Of a DNA stretch of 64,000 nucleotides, positions 19,282 to 28,523 are shown in pieces. The translations under genes and the position numbers were made by a program. Position 1 is the stretch's first letter. Each line of letters opens with the position of its first letter. The stretch is taken from the NCBI GenBank assembly GCA_036679605.1, contig JAZDCZ010000407.1, positions 1 to 64,000 on the forward strand, written 5' to 3'. This stretch comes from Gemmatimonadota bacterium (GTDB taxonomy: Bacteria; Gemmatimonadota; Gemmatimonadetes; Gemmatimonadales; GWC2-71-9). The notes beneath the pieces are model-generated. The model did no database searches and was not told where the DNA came from. It saw only the letters and a list, made by a program, of their open reading frames with translations.

Positions 19282-20287
19282 GACTCCTATAGTGGAAATA
19301 AAGCCTGGCAACGGCGGGATTACGGTCTTTGCTGAGTGCATTAGCCCGGAAATCCGGAAAACATCCAAGGGTGCCGACTATTTTCAGATGACTCTCCGCG
19401 ACAGGACTGGCAGCATTGGGGTGAGGATATGGACTCCGAGAAAGTTGCCGGACGGCAGTGGATATGTTGAGGACTCCGAGCTGAAGCACGGTGATATAGC
19501 GGTGTTTCAGATCGGGGAGGTGAAGGATTGGAACGGCTACACGCAAGTGACGAAGTTCGACGGTTTCACTGTCATGGATTCGGATGATGAAGGGTACGCC
19601 GAAGCTAAGGAGAAGGTGAGTACGGCTCCGACGAGGAAGGAGCTCGATGTATACTTCGCCCTGATGAAGAAGATGCTGTCGGATATATCGCATCCCGCCC
19701 TACGGAAGATGTGCCTCGCGTTCCTCAAGGAGAGGGAGGAGGACATCCGGAGTTACCCTGGCGCACCCCATGAGAGCGGACACCACGGCTATGATGGTGG
19801 TTACCTTATCCATGTGACAGGTGTCATGCGCCTCGCGAGGTTCCATGCCCAGAAAGTGCTTGATGGCAAGTTCGTGAGTACGGATGTGGTCGTCGCTGGC
19901 GCGTTTTTCCATGATGTCGGGAAGTTCGACACCTATGTTAACCGCAAACTCAAACGCACGCGAGACGGCATCCTGCTCGGCCACATCGTACTCGGCATTC
20001 CAATCCTAACGGCACTGTGCGAGAAGTTCAGCGTCGATAAGGAGACAGCATCGATGCTCCTTCATATACTCATCTCCCACCACGGCAGACGGGAGTTTGG
20101 CTCGCCGGAGAAGCCGATGACAATCGAGGCGGAGATAGTGTGCTGGGCCGACATGGCTGATTCCAAGGTTGAGGGCGTCAAAATGAAGCTCCGCACCGGC
20201 CTCATGCCAGGCGATTGGAAGGGCAATGCTCAATACGGCAACCACACAGCCTATGTTCAGCCGGAGTTCGATGAGGAGGACGAGTAG
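19271..20287 (+). CDS. OB-fold + HD-domain nuclease (YhaM/Cbf1-like)
   Basis: TLRDRTG, HHGYDGG..IH, FHDVGK, LLGHI, LHILISHHG..EFGSP.KPMTIEA. Confidence 0.9.
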   Translation: MATKTPIVEIKPGNGGITVFAECISPEIRKTSKGADYFQMTLRDRTGSIGVRIWTPRKLPDGSGYVEDSELKHGDIAVFQIGEVKDWNGYTQVTKFDGFTVMDSDDEGYAEAKEKVSTAPTRKELDVYFALMKKMLSDISHPALRKMCLAFLKEREEDIRSYPGAPHESGHHGYDGGYLIHVTGVMRLARFHAQKVLDGKFVSTDVVVAGAFFHDVGKFDTYVNRKLKRTRDGILLGHIVLGIPILTALCEKFSVDKETASMLLHILISHHGRREFGSPEKPMTIEAEIVCWADMADSKVEGVKMKLRTGLMPGDWKGNAQYGNHTAYVQPEFDEEDE

Positions 20288-20288
20288 T

Positions 20289-20531
20289 ATGTTGCCTAGG
20301 AACCTTGAAAAAGCATGCCGTAGCGCGGCCAACGCGGCTGTGGACTTTATTGTCGAATTGGCGGCGGAGTATGCTGAGGCTGACAAGGAAGCTGGCATGG
20401 CCGAATTATTAGCCTTGCTGGAGGGGCAGCGGGAGGCTACAGTGGTCGGTGCCAAGGATAGGGCATTCCAAGCCGCCGCCGAGATATTGGATCCGTCGTT
20501 TCAGGATACAGGGGGACAGGATGGCTCGTAA
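20289..20531 (+). CDS. Hypothetical protein
   Basis: Tightly packed in an apparent operon. Confidence 0.55.
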   Translation: MLPRNLEKACRSAANAAVDFIVELAAEYAEADKEAGMAELLALLEGQREATVVGAKDRAFQAAAEILDPSFQDTGGQDGS

Positions 20532-21153
20532 GGCTACTGCCACAGTGACGGAGGACATGACCCTTGTTCAGCGCACGAAAATTGGGAAGTACAATTTCCT
20601 GACATACCGTTATGACGAGCGGGAGTATCATCTTCTTGTCAAGCAGGGTTCGGAGATGGTGCCTCTCGTCAAGTGGTGGTGCGGCTACTCTCCGGACAAG
20701 ACCTTGTTCATAAACGGTGTCATGGAGTTTGTGTGTCAGTCGTGTCCGGGTTCGAGACCATCCAAGGTATATGCCGCCATTGGCGACGAAATCCGCTACA
20801 CGTGCTATAAATATCCTATAGGATCAAAGGTCGCCGTATGTAGTAGTCAGACGGCAGTCAGAGAACTGCAGAAGCTCGCCCCGTCGGACATGGCTCAGGA
20901 ATCGTCCGACGGTTTGGTGGCGCACTTGTACGCGCAGACACCCGCCACTGTGATCGACACGGATTACGCGAGCGATCCGTCCGCTCCCAGTTATATATTG
21001 GAATGGGAGGACGGCTTTCGAGAGCGATTTGATTTCGATTTCGTCGATTCCATGTTCGCCTGCATAAAACGGAGGCGCGCGGCCGCTGGCCAGAGAGCGT
21101 CGGTGCTGGAGAAAACTCCGCCACCCAGCGAGCATGTGGAGTGCAATAAGTGA
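20521..21153 (+). CDS. Hypothetical protein
   Basis: Operon packing; RBS-like purine tract. Confidence 0.6.
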   Translation: MARKATATVTEDMTLVQRTKIGKYNFLTYRYDEREYHLLVKQGSEMVPLVKWWCGYSPDKTLFINGVMEFVCQSCPGSRPSKVYAAIGDEIRYTCYKYPIGSKVAVCSSQTAVRELQKLAPSDMAQESSDGLVAHLYAQTPATVIDTDYASDPSAPSYILEWEDGFRERFDFDFVDSMFACIKRRRAAAGQRASVLEKTPPPSEHVECNK

Positions 21154-22232
21154 ATGTAAAGATTTGGACCTCCGCCGTCATCGGATCGCAGCACAGCTCC
21201 GGTGGAGTGCATCCATACCTGCGGGACGGATCTGAAAAGCCGCCGATACGCAGTGGGGTGACTGCGGAGTTCATTCGTTTCTGTGTTTGGCTTGAGCGGC
21301 AAGGCATACGATCCGTAACAGATCGAGTGTCTAGGGCATCGTCATTTCTCCGGTCGCGTATGCTGGACAACGGAGCAGTGCCGTATGAAATGGATGCAAG
21401 GACACTGTCACCCGTGAAGGAGTGTCCGTACTTGTCGCGCGATTCGATGTTGGCCGCCATGGCTGGACAAGCCTGCGATGACGAGGAGCTCGTCGGTCAC
21501 TCGCTGGACTTTCTTATGTGGTGTCACAACCAACTCCCAGTAGGGAAATTCCTCCCTATGTGGCATAATTTCGAAGCACCACTGTCGAGTATGCCGAGCG
21601 AATGGATGCATCAGCCCACTTGCCACCAATCTCTGATCGCCAGCTTGGAACTCGATGAACTCGTGTGTTCCACTTGGGGTGAAGGTGTGACGGACGACAT
21701 AAGTGCGGTACTTTCAAACGCAATGGGTTCAGTGTCCGCTGGTTTGTTCGACGCGGATCGTTATCGACCGGAGATTCCGCTTCTGCCGCACTTTATTACC
21801 TGCGAGTCGTCCATTGGATATCTTTTAGAGTTAGGCGACACCGATGGTATACACCAAGTAGCCGAGGCAATAACGGTCGGGATCGGCATACTTCTCAGTG
21901 CCGACGGCGCTGGCGACTCCGTACTGGATGGCAGGCTTGTCGGCCACATGCGGCCCAAACTGCTCGCGACAGCATCGCGGGCAGGTCTGGTGGCTAATGC
22001 TGTGCTGGGTCGGGAGATCGTACCCAAATCCAGCATAGAGGCGATGATGGGAATCGTGTCTGCCAGTGTCTTCAAGAGCGGTTTCGCCAAAGGCCTTCCA
22101 CCTGTGAGCAATGATTCGGAGTGGGAGGAGGACGAGATTGCATGCGTCGGTGCATGCATGGTTGCCGCCCAAGTCGAGGCCATGCTTTCCCGCGACAGTT
22201 TGAGTGCGGACGACATACGAATACTCGTGTGA
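21150..22232 (+). CDS. Hypothetical protein (possibly alpha/alpha-toroid)
   Basis: GTGA overlap with the upstream gene; 360-aa ORF. Confidence 0.6.
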   Translation: MNVKIWTSAVIGSQHSSGGVHPYLRDGSEKPPIRSGVTAEFIRFCVWLERQGIRSVTDRVSRASSFLRSRMLDNGAVPYEMDARTLSPVKECPYLSRDSMLAAMAGQACDDEELVGHSLDFLMWCHNQLPVGKFLPMWHNFEAPLSSMPSEWMHQPTCHQSLIASLELDELVCSTWGEGVTDDISAVLSNAMGSVSAGLFDADRYRPEIPLLPHFITCESSIGYLLELGDTDGIHQVAEAITVGIGILLSADGAGDSVLDGRLVGHMRPKLLATASRAGLVANAVLGREIVPKSSIEAMMGIVSASVFKSGFAKGLPPVSNDSEWEEDEIACVGACMVAAQVEAMLSRDSLSADDIRILV

Positions 22233-22248
22233 GAGAGGGGGATTTGGC

Positions 22249-23238
22249 ATGCGTCATGTTCTTTTCATTGCATCGGACGGCTTGGACGCATTGGAGGGCG
22301 ACGCCGTCCTTCAAAAGGCACCGCACTCCAAGTCGATTCGTGTCGTCTGTGCATCGCCCGACGGTCTGACGCCGGACTCCGCCGAACCCATATGTGCGTC
22401 AAATCCGGCGGAGGCGCACCAAGCTTTGAATGGCCTGCCGAGACCCTCTATGGTCGTGGTAGTAGGCAATACCCCCTTAGCCCTTTGGGCGTCCCTTTGG
22501 GCGTCGAGCGAGGGAATACCGGTGATGCATCATCATGCTGGACTCAGGAGCAGCGCAGGCCTGCCAGAGACCAATTTCGCGAACCGCCTTGGCATGGCAC
22601 TTGATGCGACGGCTGACCTTTTGTCCTTCATCGACAGTCGAGATCAGAAGAAGACAATGCATTTTGCCGCATCTGCTACCAAGGTGGTTGGCTGGCCCTC
22701 TATAGAGGCTTGGTCGCGACGACTGCCAAGTTCGGAGATCGGCACTGGAGTCAGCGGCTGTCTTGCTCTCCTTGGCTCGATGTCCTCTGACCAATACGGC
22801 AGGGTCGCGAAGATAATGGATGCCTGTATGTTGGCCTGCAGAAGGTTTCGGGTGTATGCCAGCCCACAGTTCAGGGACATGATTGTCAAGGTCGGGGTTC
22901 CTCTTCCGGATGGCTTTGAACTGCGCGTGCCTGATAATCCGGACGAATTGGCAGAGGGCGTGGCCAAATGTCGCATGCTGGTGACCAATGATGAGAGGCT
23001 CCAATCGCTCAGCGCGGCATCCGGATGCCATACAGTGCTTGTAGGGCAGCCGCCAACCATCAGGTGGCTCACGGATCAGGGCAACAAATATGCCATTCAT
23101 GTGGACATGGGTGCATCTATCGCCGCAGCCACCATATGCCGTTTCTGGGAATCTTTGCCGGATCTTCCGTTCAGCACAGCCGTGGTACCGGATGCATCCG
23201 GTACGATGGCCGCGTGGATGCGACCGTTCATCTTGTGA
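22249..23238 (+). CDS. Divergent UDP-GlcNAc 2-epimerase-like (GT-B) protein
   Basis: VVVVGNT..AL...GIPVMHHHAGLRS...PE..NR resembles WecB V.GDT/IPV.HVEAGLRS/PEE.NR with key residues altered. Confidence 0.6.
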   Translation: MRHVLFIASDGLDALEGDAVLQKAPHSKSIRVVCASPDGLTPDSAEPICASNPAEAHQALNGLPRPSMVVVVGNTPLALWASLWASSEGIPVMHHHAGLRSSAGLPETNFANRLGMALDATADLLSFIDSRDQKKTMHFAASATKVVGWPSIEAWSRRLPSSEIGTGVSGCLALLGSMSSDQYGRVAKIMDACMLACRRFRVYASPQFRDMIVKVGVPLPDGFELRVPDNPDELAEGVAKCRMLVTNDERLQSLSAASGCHTVLVGQPPTIRWLTDQGNKYAIHVDMGASIAAATICRFWESLPDLPFSTAVVPDASGTMAAWMRPFIL

Positions 23239-23709
23239 TTATTTGCATTTCGGTGGGCAGCATCTCGGCGGTGTTGGAAATTTACCCTGTCCGCACCCGC
23301 CAATGAGTCCACCAGCCTCACCCTCAAATCCAGGCGGCCTGAAATCGCTCAGGCATCCCGCTTTGGACCAGACGCGCCATTCCTCGCTTTTCTCGATGAA
23401 TTCGGCTCTCCCGCACGGCACGAGCCAACTTCCCCACCATGACCTAGACGACGCTTCAAGTACGAGCATGTCGCATTCGTCGATGACGCATTCCGTATCC
23501 CTAGTGTTTATCCTACCGACATGTTTGGAGGCGACATAGTGGTAGAACACCTCTTTCGGCTCGTTAGACGGGCAGCAACCGCCGAAGGGGTCGAATGGGT
23601 CGGCGCACACTGTCTCGACGCAGAATACCTTTCCCAGCCAGTCTGGACTCTCTGGTATGTCCCGGACAACTATGAAGTCCCCGATTTTAGCTCTGCACTG
23701 TTTAGGCAT
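23239..23709 (-). CDS. Hypothetical Cys-rich protein
   Basis: GGAGGG RBS; many Cys residues. Confidence 0.6.
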   Translation of the reverse strand: MPKQCRAKIGDFIVVRDIPESPDWLGKVFCVETVCADPFDPFGGCCPSNEPKEVFYHYVASKHVGRINTRDTECVIDECDMLVLEASSRSWWGSWLVPCGRAEFIEKSEEWRVWSKAGCLSDFRPPGFEGEAGGLIGGCGQGKFPTPPRCCPPKCK

Positions 23710-23763
23710 GCTCCCTCCACATTAATGGCCTCCAACCTAAACAACACAAGTCACTAGAACAAC

Positions 23764-23811
23764 GATGAAGCAAGAAGCCTGCTGAGTGCGTCCTATAACC
23801 AAACAAGTAGG
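23764..23811 (+). mobile_element. Orphan remnant of the IS607-type tnpB right end/omegaRNA
   Basis: TGAAGCAAGAAGCCTGCTGAGTGCGTCCTATAACCAA...AAGTAGG closely matches the 3' flank of tnpB at 53786-53840 (minus strand). Confidence 0.75.
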
Positions 23812-23836
23812 CCAGTCAGGTCGCTAGAATAGGATT

Positions 23837-24274
23837 ATGAGAGAGATAGAAACGCTTTACATGCAACTAAAGGAGTCCGTGGACGACGGCGACTTCATCA
23901 CACCAGACAAGGCGAAGGAAATGTTGCGACTTTTGGACGCCGCATTAAGGCAACCGGAGGACGCAGGCGATGGACGGACAGACGAACCCCTTAACCCGTC
24001 TGAGGAGATTGCACACGATGTGTTTGGACTGTGCGACGCGAGTTCGGAGTTCGCGCCGTCTGCCTTCATGTCGATGCTCCGTAGTATCGGCCCTAAAGAT
24101 GTTCAGAGGTTCGCTGGAGCCGTGCGAGAGGTAAGCGACACCTTTGATTTTCTCAAGTTTCAAATTGGTCCATCCGTCGCACCGGATGTTTTCGTGGCCA
24201 TCCCCGGCGATCCTGGTGTGGTGTATTGGATGAGGCTTCGGCAAGTCAAGCAAATTCTGGAGGATAAGGGATGA
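23837..24274 (+). CDS. Hypothetical protein
   Basis: ATGA overlap with ndk. Confidence 0.6.
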   Translation: MREIETLYMQLKESVDDGDFITPDKAKEMLRLLDAALRQPEDAGDGRTDEPLNPSEEIAHDVFGLCDASSEFAPSAFMSMLRSIGPKDVQRFAGAVREVSDTFDFLKFQIGPSVAPDVFVAIPGDPGVVYWMRLRQVKQILEDKG

Positions 24275-24741
24275 GTGACACAATGCTCATGTTCAAGCCG
24301 GACTGTTTCAATTCGGATTCATCGTACAGCTTCCAGGAGATTCTCCGGGATACTATGCGGATCAGTGAATTCGGCCAATCCGTATATGCGTCTAATAATG
24401 GAGAAGGGTGGGCGATGGATCTCGGTGCCAAAGTGCATCTCACCCATAACATGGCTGAGAAGCTGTACGCCGAGCATGTAGACAAGCCGTTCTATGAGGG
24501 GCTCATAACATTTGCGAGCAGCGGCCCTAGCTTTGTGAGTGTTTGGTCCAGTGCCGCCGATGATACTTGGATTTTCGGTCGTGATATCGTGTCGGATATC
24601 AGGGGCAGGTATGGAATGTCTGACCCAAAGCTGGGTCCGGCCAACATTATACACGGCAGCGACGGATTGGAATCTGCGAATCGGGAGGTACAATGGGCGT
24701 TGAGGTGTATAATGTTGCAATGTGCGAGCGAGGAGGAATGA
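24271..24741 (+). CDS. ndk: Nucleoside diphosphate kinase
   Basis: MFKPD, YAEHVDKPFY, SGP, IRG.YG, NIIHGSD..SANRE. Confidence 0.9.
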   Translation: MSDTMLMFKPDCFNSDSSYSFQEILRDTMRISEFGQSVYASNNGEGWAMDLGAKVHLTHNMAEKLYAEHVDKPFYEGLITFASSGPSFVSVWSSAADDTWIFGRDIVSDIRGRYGMSDPKLGPANIIHGSDGLESANREVQWALRCIMLQCASEEE

Positions 24742-24742
24742 T

Positions 24743-25057
24743 ATGTGGGTTGTAAATTTCGTTGTGGTGAGGGATGGTGCACGGAATCCCGATGATGGCT
24801 CTCCGAGATTTGTGGAGACCGTCCCGTTTCAGGTGCCGGACATTGACCAGTCGGTCGTCCATCGTGGCGAGATGTTCGTGGTGGACGATGTGGTATGGGA
24901 CTTGGAGAGGAAGACCATATCCGTCGAGATAGTACCTGCCGATGGTGATTCGCCTATCGCGTCAGTCGAGATAAAGATCGAGGACGACGCGGAGGAACCC
25001 GATGATGATATAGAATCCGGTGACGACACGGAACCCGCCAAGCTGTCTGAAGGTTGA
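24743..25057 (+). CDS. Hypothetical acidic protein
   Basis: GAGGAGG RBS. Confidence 0.6.
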   Translation: MWVVNFVVVRDGARNPDDGSPRFVETVPFQVPDIDQSVVHRGEMFVVDDVVWDLERKTISVEIVPADGDSPIASVEIKIEDDAEEPDDDIESGDDTEPAKLSEG

Positions 25058-25368
25058 TAAAGTGTTCACGCCCCAGCCGACTGGCGGAGCGCCCTATGAT
25101 ACCAAATCAATCCATTCGGAAGGCTAAAGCATGCGCCCGCCGCATAGTCGCGGAGATCGGCACTTGGGAGGTGGCCATACACATGCCGCCCGTGCGAGTC
25201 AGAGTTGAGGCCGCCTTGCGGGAAGAGGCTCAGGCGATCGCCCTGTCCCTTCCGCCGGAGGATTTCGCCGAGGGACTCATCAGACGTCTGCAGCACACAA
25301 GGCCCAAACTTGGCGATATCATTGGCACGCATCAGTTCAGCCGTGTGCCGGAGGGAATCCACGCGTGA
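25054..25368 (+). CDS. Hypothetical protein
   Basis: Overlaps both neighbours; contains ARRIVA. Confidence 0.5.
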   Translation: MIKCSRPSRLAERPMIPNQSIRKAKACARRIVAEIGTWEVAIHMPPVRVRVEAALREEAQAIALSLPPEDFAEGLIRRLQHTRPKLGDIIGTHQFSRVPEGIHA

Positions 25369-26255
25369 GGGATGTGTGTTACATAGGTCCCACCGTCCCC
25401 GACGGCATGTCCACAATGATTCGAGACGGGTTTCGGTGCTTGGACGAGCATTGGGGCGGAAACGCCATCAACTTCCACGCCGACAGGACCGCACCTGGGT
25501 TTTACAGGCGCTGCAAGAAGGCCGATCTCGTACTCGTCGGTACGAACCAAGGCACCAACTGGAGGATGATACGCGACATCGCGAAGGTCCATAACAGGTG
25601 GGCTGTGGTGGATGGGAGCGACTACAGGGATTTCACTGGAATAAAGACCATCGATCCAGGTGAGGCACCGTTGATATTCAAGAGGGAGTATGTGCCTGAG
25701 ATGCATGACCATCTCGGCAATGTCCGCCCGTTGTCATTCTCGGTACTCAGTGGCTGGCGACGCCCTGGACGCATTCCAAAGTTTATTAGCTTCAGTTTTG
25801 CTGGCTGTTGGCACCAGCGCCGGGCAACCTTTCTTCGTCATGTGAAGGAGAACATGGATGATCCGCATTCAATCTTGTCGCCTGGCGGCCTGCATTCGCG
25901 GGAATACTGGAGCCTCTTGGACTCGTCGAGGATAGCCATATCTCTGCGCGGAGCTGGGTGGGATTGCGTACGCACATGGGAAATTCTGTCTAGGCGGAAC
26001 ACACTCCTCATGCTGGAGGACTTCGGTGAGGTGAGGATGATGGATCCGCCATTGGTGGACGGCATGCATTGTGTCATGTTCTCCAGCCCCCGCGAGCTTG
26101 TCGAGAAGCTCAAACACTACACTAAGAATGAGCAGGCCCGCAGGGAGATAGCGAAGGCGGGTCGTATCTTCGCGTTTCAGCACCATTCCACCTTTGCTAG
26201 AGCCAGATATATCCTGCAAGCCTGCTTGGAACACTTCCGGAAACACTCTGATTAG
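25365..26255 (+). CDS. Glycosyltransferase (CgeB/GT1_2-like)
   Basis: IFKRE, SRIAISLRGAGWDCVRTWEI, IAKAG...H..ARARYI. Confidence 0.8.
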   Translation: MRDVCYIGPTVPDGMSTMIRDGFRCLDEHWGGNAINFHADRTAPGFYRRCKKADLVLVGTNQGTNWRMIRDIAKVHNRWAVVDGSDYRDFTGIKTIDPGEAPLIFKREYVPEMHDHLGNVRPLSFSVLSGWRRPGRIPKFISFSFAGCWHQRRATFLRHVKENMDDPHSILSPGGLHSREYWSLLDSSRIAISLRGAGWDCVRTWEILSRRNTLLMLEDFGEVRMMDPPLVDGMHCVMFSSPRELVEKLKHYTKNEQARREIAKAGRIFAFQHHSTFARARYILQACLEHFRKHSD

Positions 26256-26285
26256 CCTTACTATTGTCTTGCTGGCGACGAAGAC

Positions 26286-28523
26286 ATGGAGGAGGTGTAC
26301 GCGTTGTCCGGAGCAGGTAATAATTTCAAGTTGGATTCAGCCGCAGCGCAGGAAGCATTCGGAAGGCTCAACGCCGAGCTTTTCGGCGGGAAACTTCAGC
26401 GTATCCCCATCCGGTTTTCCAACGCCATCAGGAAGGCTGGGACATATAGTGCCAAGGTGTTTTATGAGCAACCGAACGCCTTCATGCGGCGCATGCTCAG
26501 GGACTATAGGGTCAAGGATATTCGCGACCAAGCTATAATTTTGTCGCGGAGAGTGATTTTGACTCAAGAAGCTCTTGACATGGTGATGGCGCATGAGTTG
26601 ATTCATCAATGGCAGACCGAGGAGCTGGGCATATCCGAGGACAATGGCGGCCACGGCGAGACTTTCCACAGCAAGATGGATGAGATCAATGTGGTGAAGG
26701 GCGCTGGGTTCGTAACCGTCACATCCGATACGGTCGCTGGCGGCATGGGTGGGAAGTCTGGGCAGATATACTATGTCGCGATATTCGAGAAGGGCGGTCG
26801 GAAGTTCGGAGGATTCTCCCGCCGCCCGTTCACCGAGGGCATACTTGCCATATTGGAGAAGACCTCCAAGAGACGCGGTATTCCGTACAGGATCATCGCG
26901 ACAACTAGCCACGACGCCCAGAGCCTCTCGGATATGTCTAGGATGAGGCCGAATTCGCGCAGCAGATCGTGGCACATCATACCGGACGAAATCTACGATT
27001 CAATCATATCCGACGAGGTCGTCACAGCGGCTCTGCGGCGAGCCGCGACACGGGTAATATGTGCGGTAGCTCCGCTCCGCGAGGTGGCCATGGATGTCGT
27101 CGCCTCGTCGGGGACGGTGATTGCGTATCACGCGACACTGTCCGGCTCCGACATCCTTGAGGGTGGGTTTAAGAAATCAGACGAGGTCGAAAGAATAGGC
27201 CTCGGTGGCAGTAGCATGGGAGGGAGTGTCTCCTTCACGATCGACTGGGGCGTCGCAAAGGGAATACATAAGTCCTTCGTTATGATGCACTCGCTCGTGA
27301 ACGCCCTTGATCCGCTCGTGGCGATAAAGGAACATCTCGAGTCGCTGGACAGTCGGCTGGCAGGGTCGGTCTTGAAGTTTTGGGAGTCCGCCCACGGCGG
27401 TGACCTAGAGGAGCTACTCGGTGGATGGAAGCCAAAGTCGTATGGTTCGCGAGCCCAAACATACGATCATCTCGTGCAGCAGGGGTTCAAGCCTGTGGAC
27501 GCCGTCGGAGGCGAGGGTCTGGGCGGCCAGGGCGACACACTCTACTATCAATGGCTGGAGCCAGTGACGGACGAGGACACGGAGAGAATGGTATATTCGT
27601 ATGTGAAGGTGTATTTCTACGCGAACGACGAGGAATACAATCCAGTGTTCATGGGTGGTGCTGCGTCCCATTTCAAGGGTATCCCACGCGACGATATAGG
27701 TGTCCTCACGGTTGAGCTGCATATTGATCCATCCAAGAAGCGCAAGAACCACGGCGAGATTCAAATGTCTCCCGGGTACGCCATACTTCCGGCGGAGAGT
27801 GAGTATAGGGTGTCCGACATGTCTATGATCGGCGAGATATTAGATTACGACGCGCATCCCGGTGACGAACCAAAAGTGCATGCGGACGATGTGTCCTTCC
27901 ATTTGGACACCGATACCGAAGACATGGTGAACAGGTTACTTTCGTTGCTCCAACATCACCGCAGCATAATCGACAAAGGCGGCCAGGTGGATGTGCGACA
28001 GGCGATGGCACTCCTCCGGAACACAGATGACATGTGGGGTGTCAGTGGCATAGCTGGGAAGATTCTGGCGGCGACCGGACTAAAGCATGTCAGACGTGCC
28101 TTGGAAAATGCGATCGATTTGCGGCGCAAATCGCAGCCATCGGGTGACGCATCTAAGGCGATAGCAACACTGCCTCTGGATGTCCGAGAGGAGGTGGAGC
28201 GAGCTGCACATTCGGAGAGGTTTGCGGACATCAGTGAAAGGTGGTATGACCGCGACGAGGTGGCATATACCGTTTGGGTGGACAAGTTGGGCGAATTAGG
28301 AATGTCGGAGTCCACTGCGGAATCTGAGATAGACAACTGGATATCCGGTAAACAGTGGGACTACGAGAGTCGGTATGCCGAGGAGATGAAGTGGGTAAAA
28401 ATGGATGTCCCTGGTTTCCGAGAAGAGGACGCTACCGAGTTCTTGGAGCTAGCGATTGGTTTGGAGGAGGCAACGCGCCGCGCCGTAGCCGCAAATCTGC
28501 TTGCGGAGGTGATGTATGGATAG
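26286..28523 (+). CDS. Polyvalent protein: SprT-like Zn metalloprotease + ART-like domain
   Basis: FGRLN.ELFGG.L, HELIH, HGETF; linker ALRRAATRV; IAYHAT..GF...VSFT...ESEYRV. Confidence 0.8.
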   Translation: MEEVYALSGAGNNFKLDSAAAQEAFGRLNAELFGGKLQRIPIRFSNAIRKAGTYSAKVFYEQPNAFMRRMLRDYRVKDIRDQAIILSRRVILTQEALDMVMAHELIHQWQTEELGISEDNGGHGETFHSKMDEINVVKGAGFVTVTSDTVAGGMGGKSGQIYYVAIFEKGGRKFGGFSRRPFTEGILAILEKTSKRRGIPYRIIATTSHDAQSLSDMSRMRPNSRSRSWHIIPDEIYDSIISDEVVTAALRRAATRVICAVAPLREVAMDVVASSGTVIAYHATLSGSDILEGGFKKSDEVERIGLGGSSMGGSVSFTIDWGVAKGIHKSFVMMHSLVNALDPLVAIKEHLESLDSRLAGSVLKFWESAHGGDLEELLGGWKPKSYGSRAQTYDHLVQQGFKPVDAVGGEGLGGQGDTLYYQWLEPVTDEDTERMVYSYVKVYFYANDEEYNPVFMGGAASHFKGIPRDDIGVLTVELHIDPSKKRKNHGEIQMSPGYAILPAESEYRVSDMSMIGEILDYDAHPGDEPKVHADDVSFHLDTDTEDMVNRLLSLLQHHRSIIDKGGQVDVRQAMALLRNTDDMWGVSGIAGKILAATGLKHVRRALENAIDLRRKSQPSGDASKAIATLPLDVREEVERAAHSERFADISERWYDRDEVAYTVWVDKLGELGMSESTAESEIDNWISGKQWDYESRYAEEMKWVKMDVPGFREEDATEFLELAIGLEEATRRAVAANLLAEVMYG

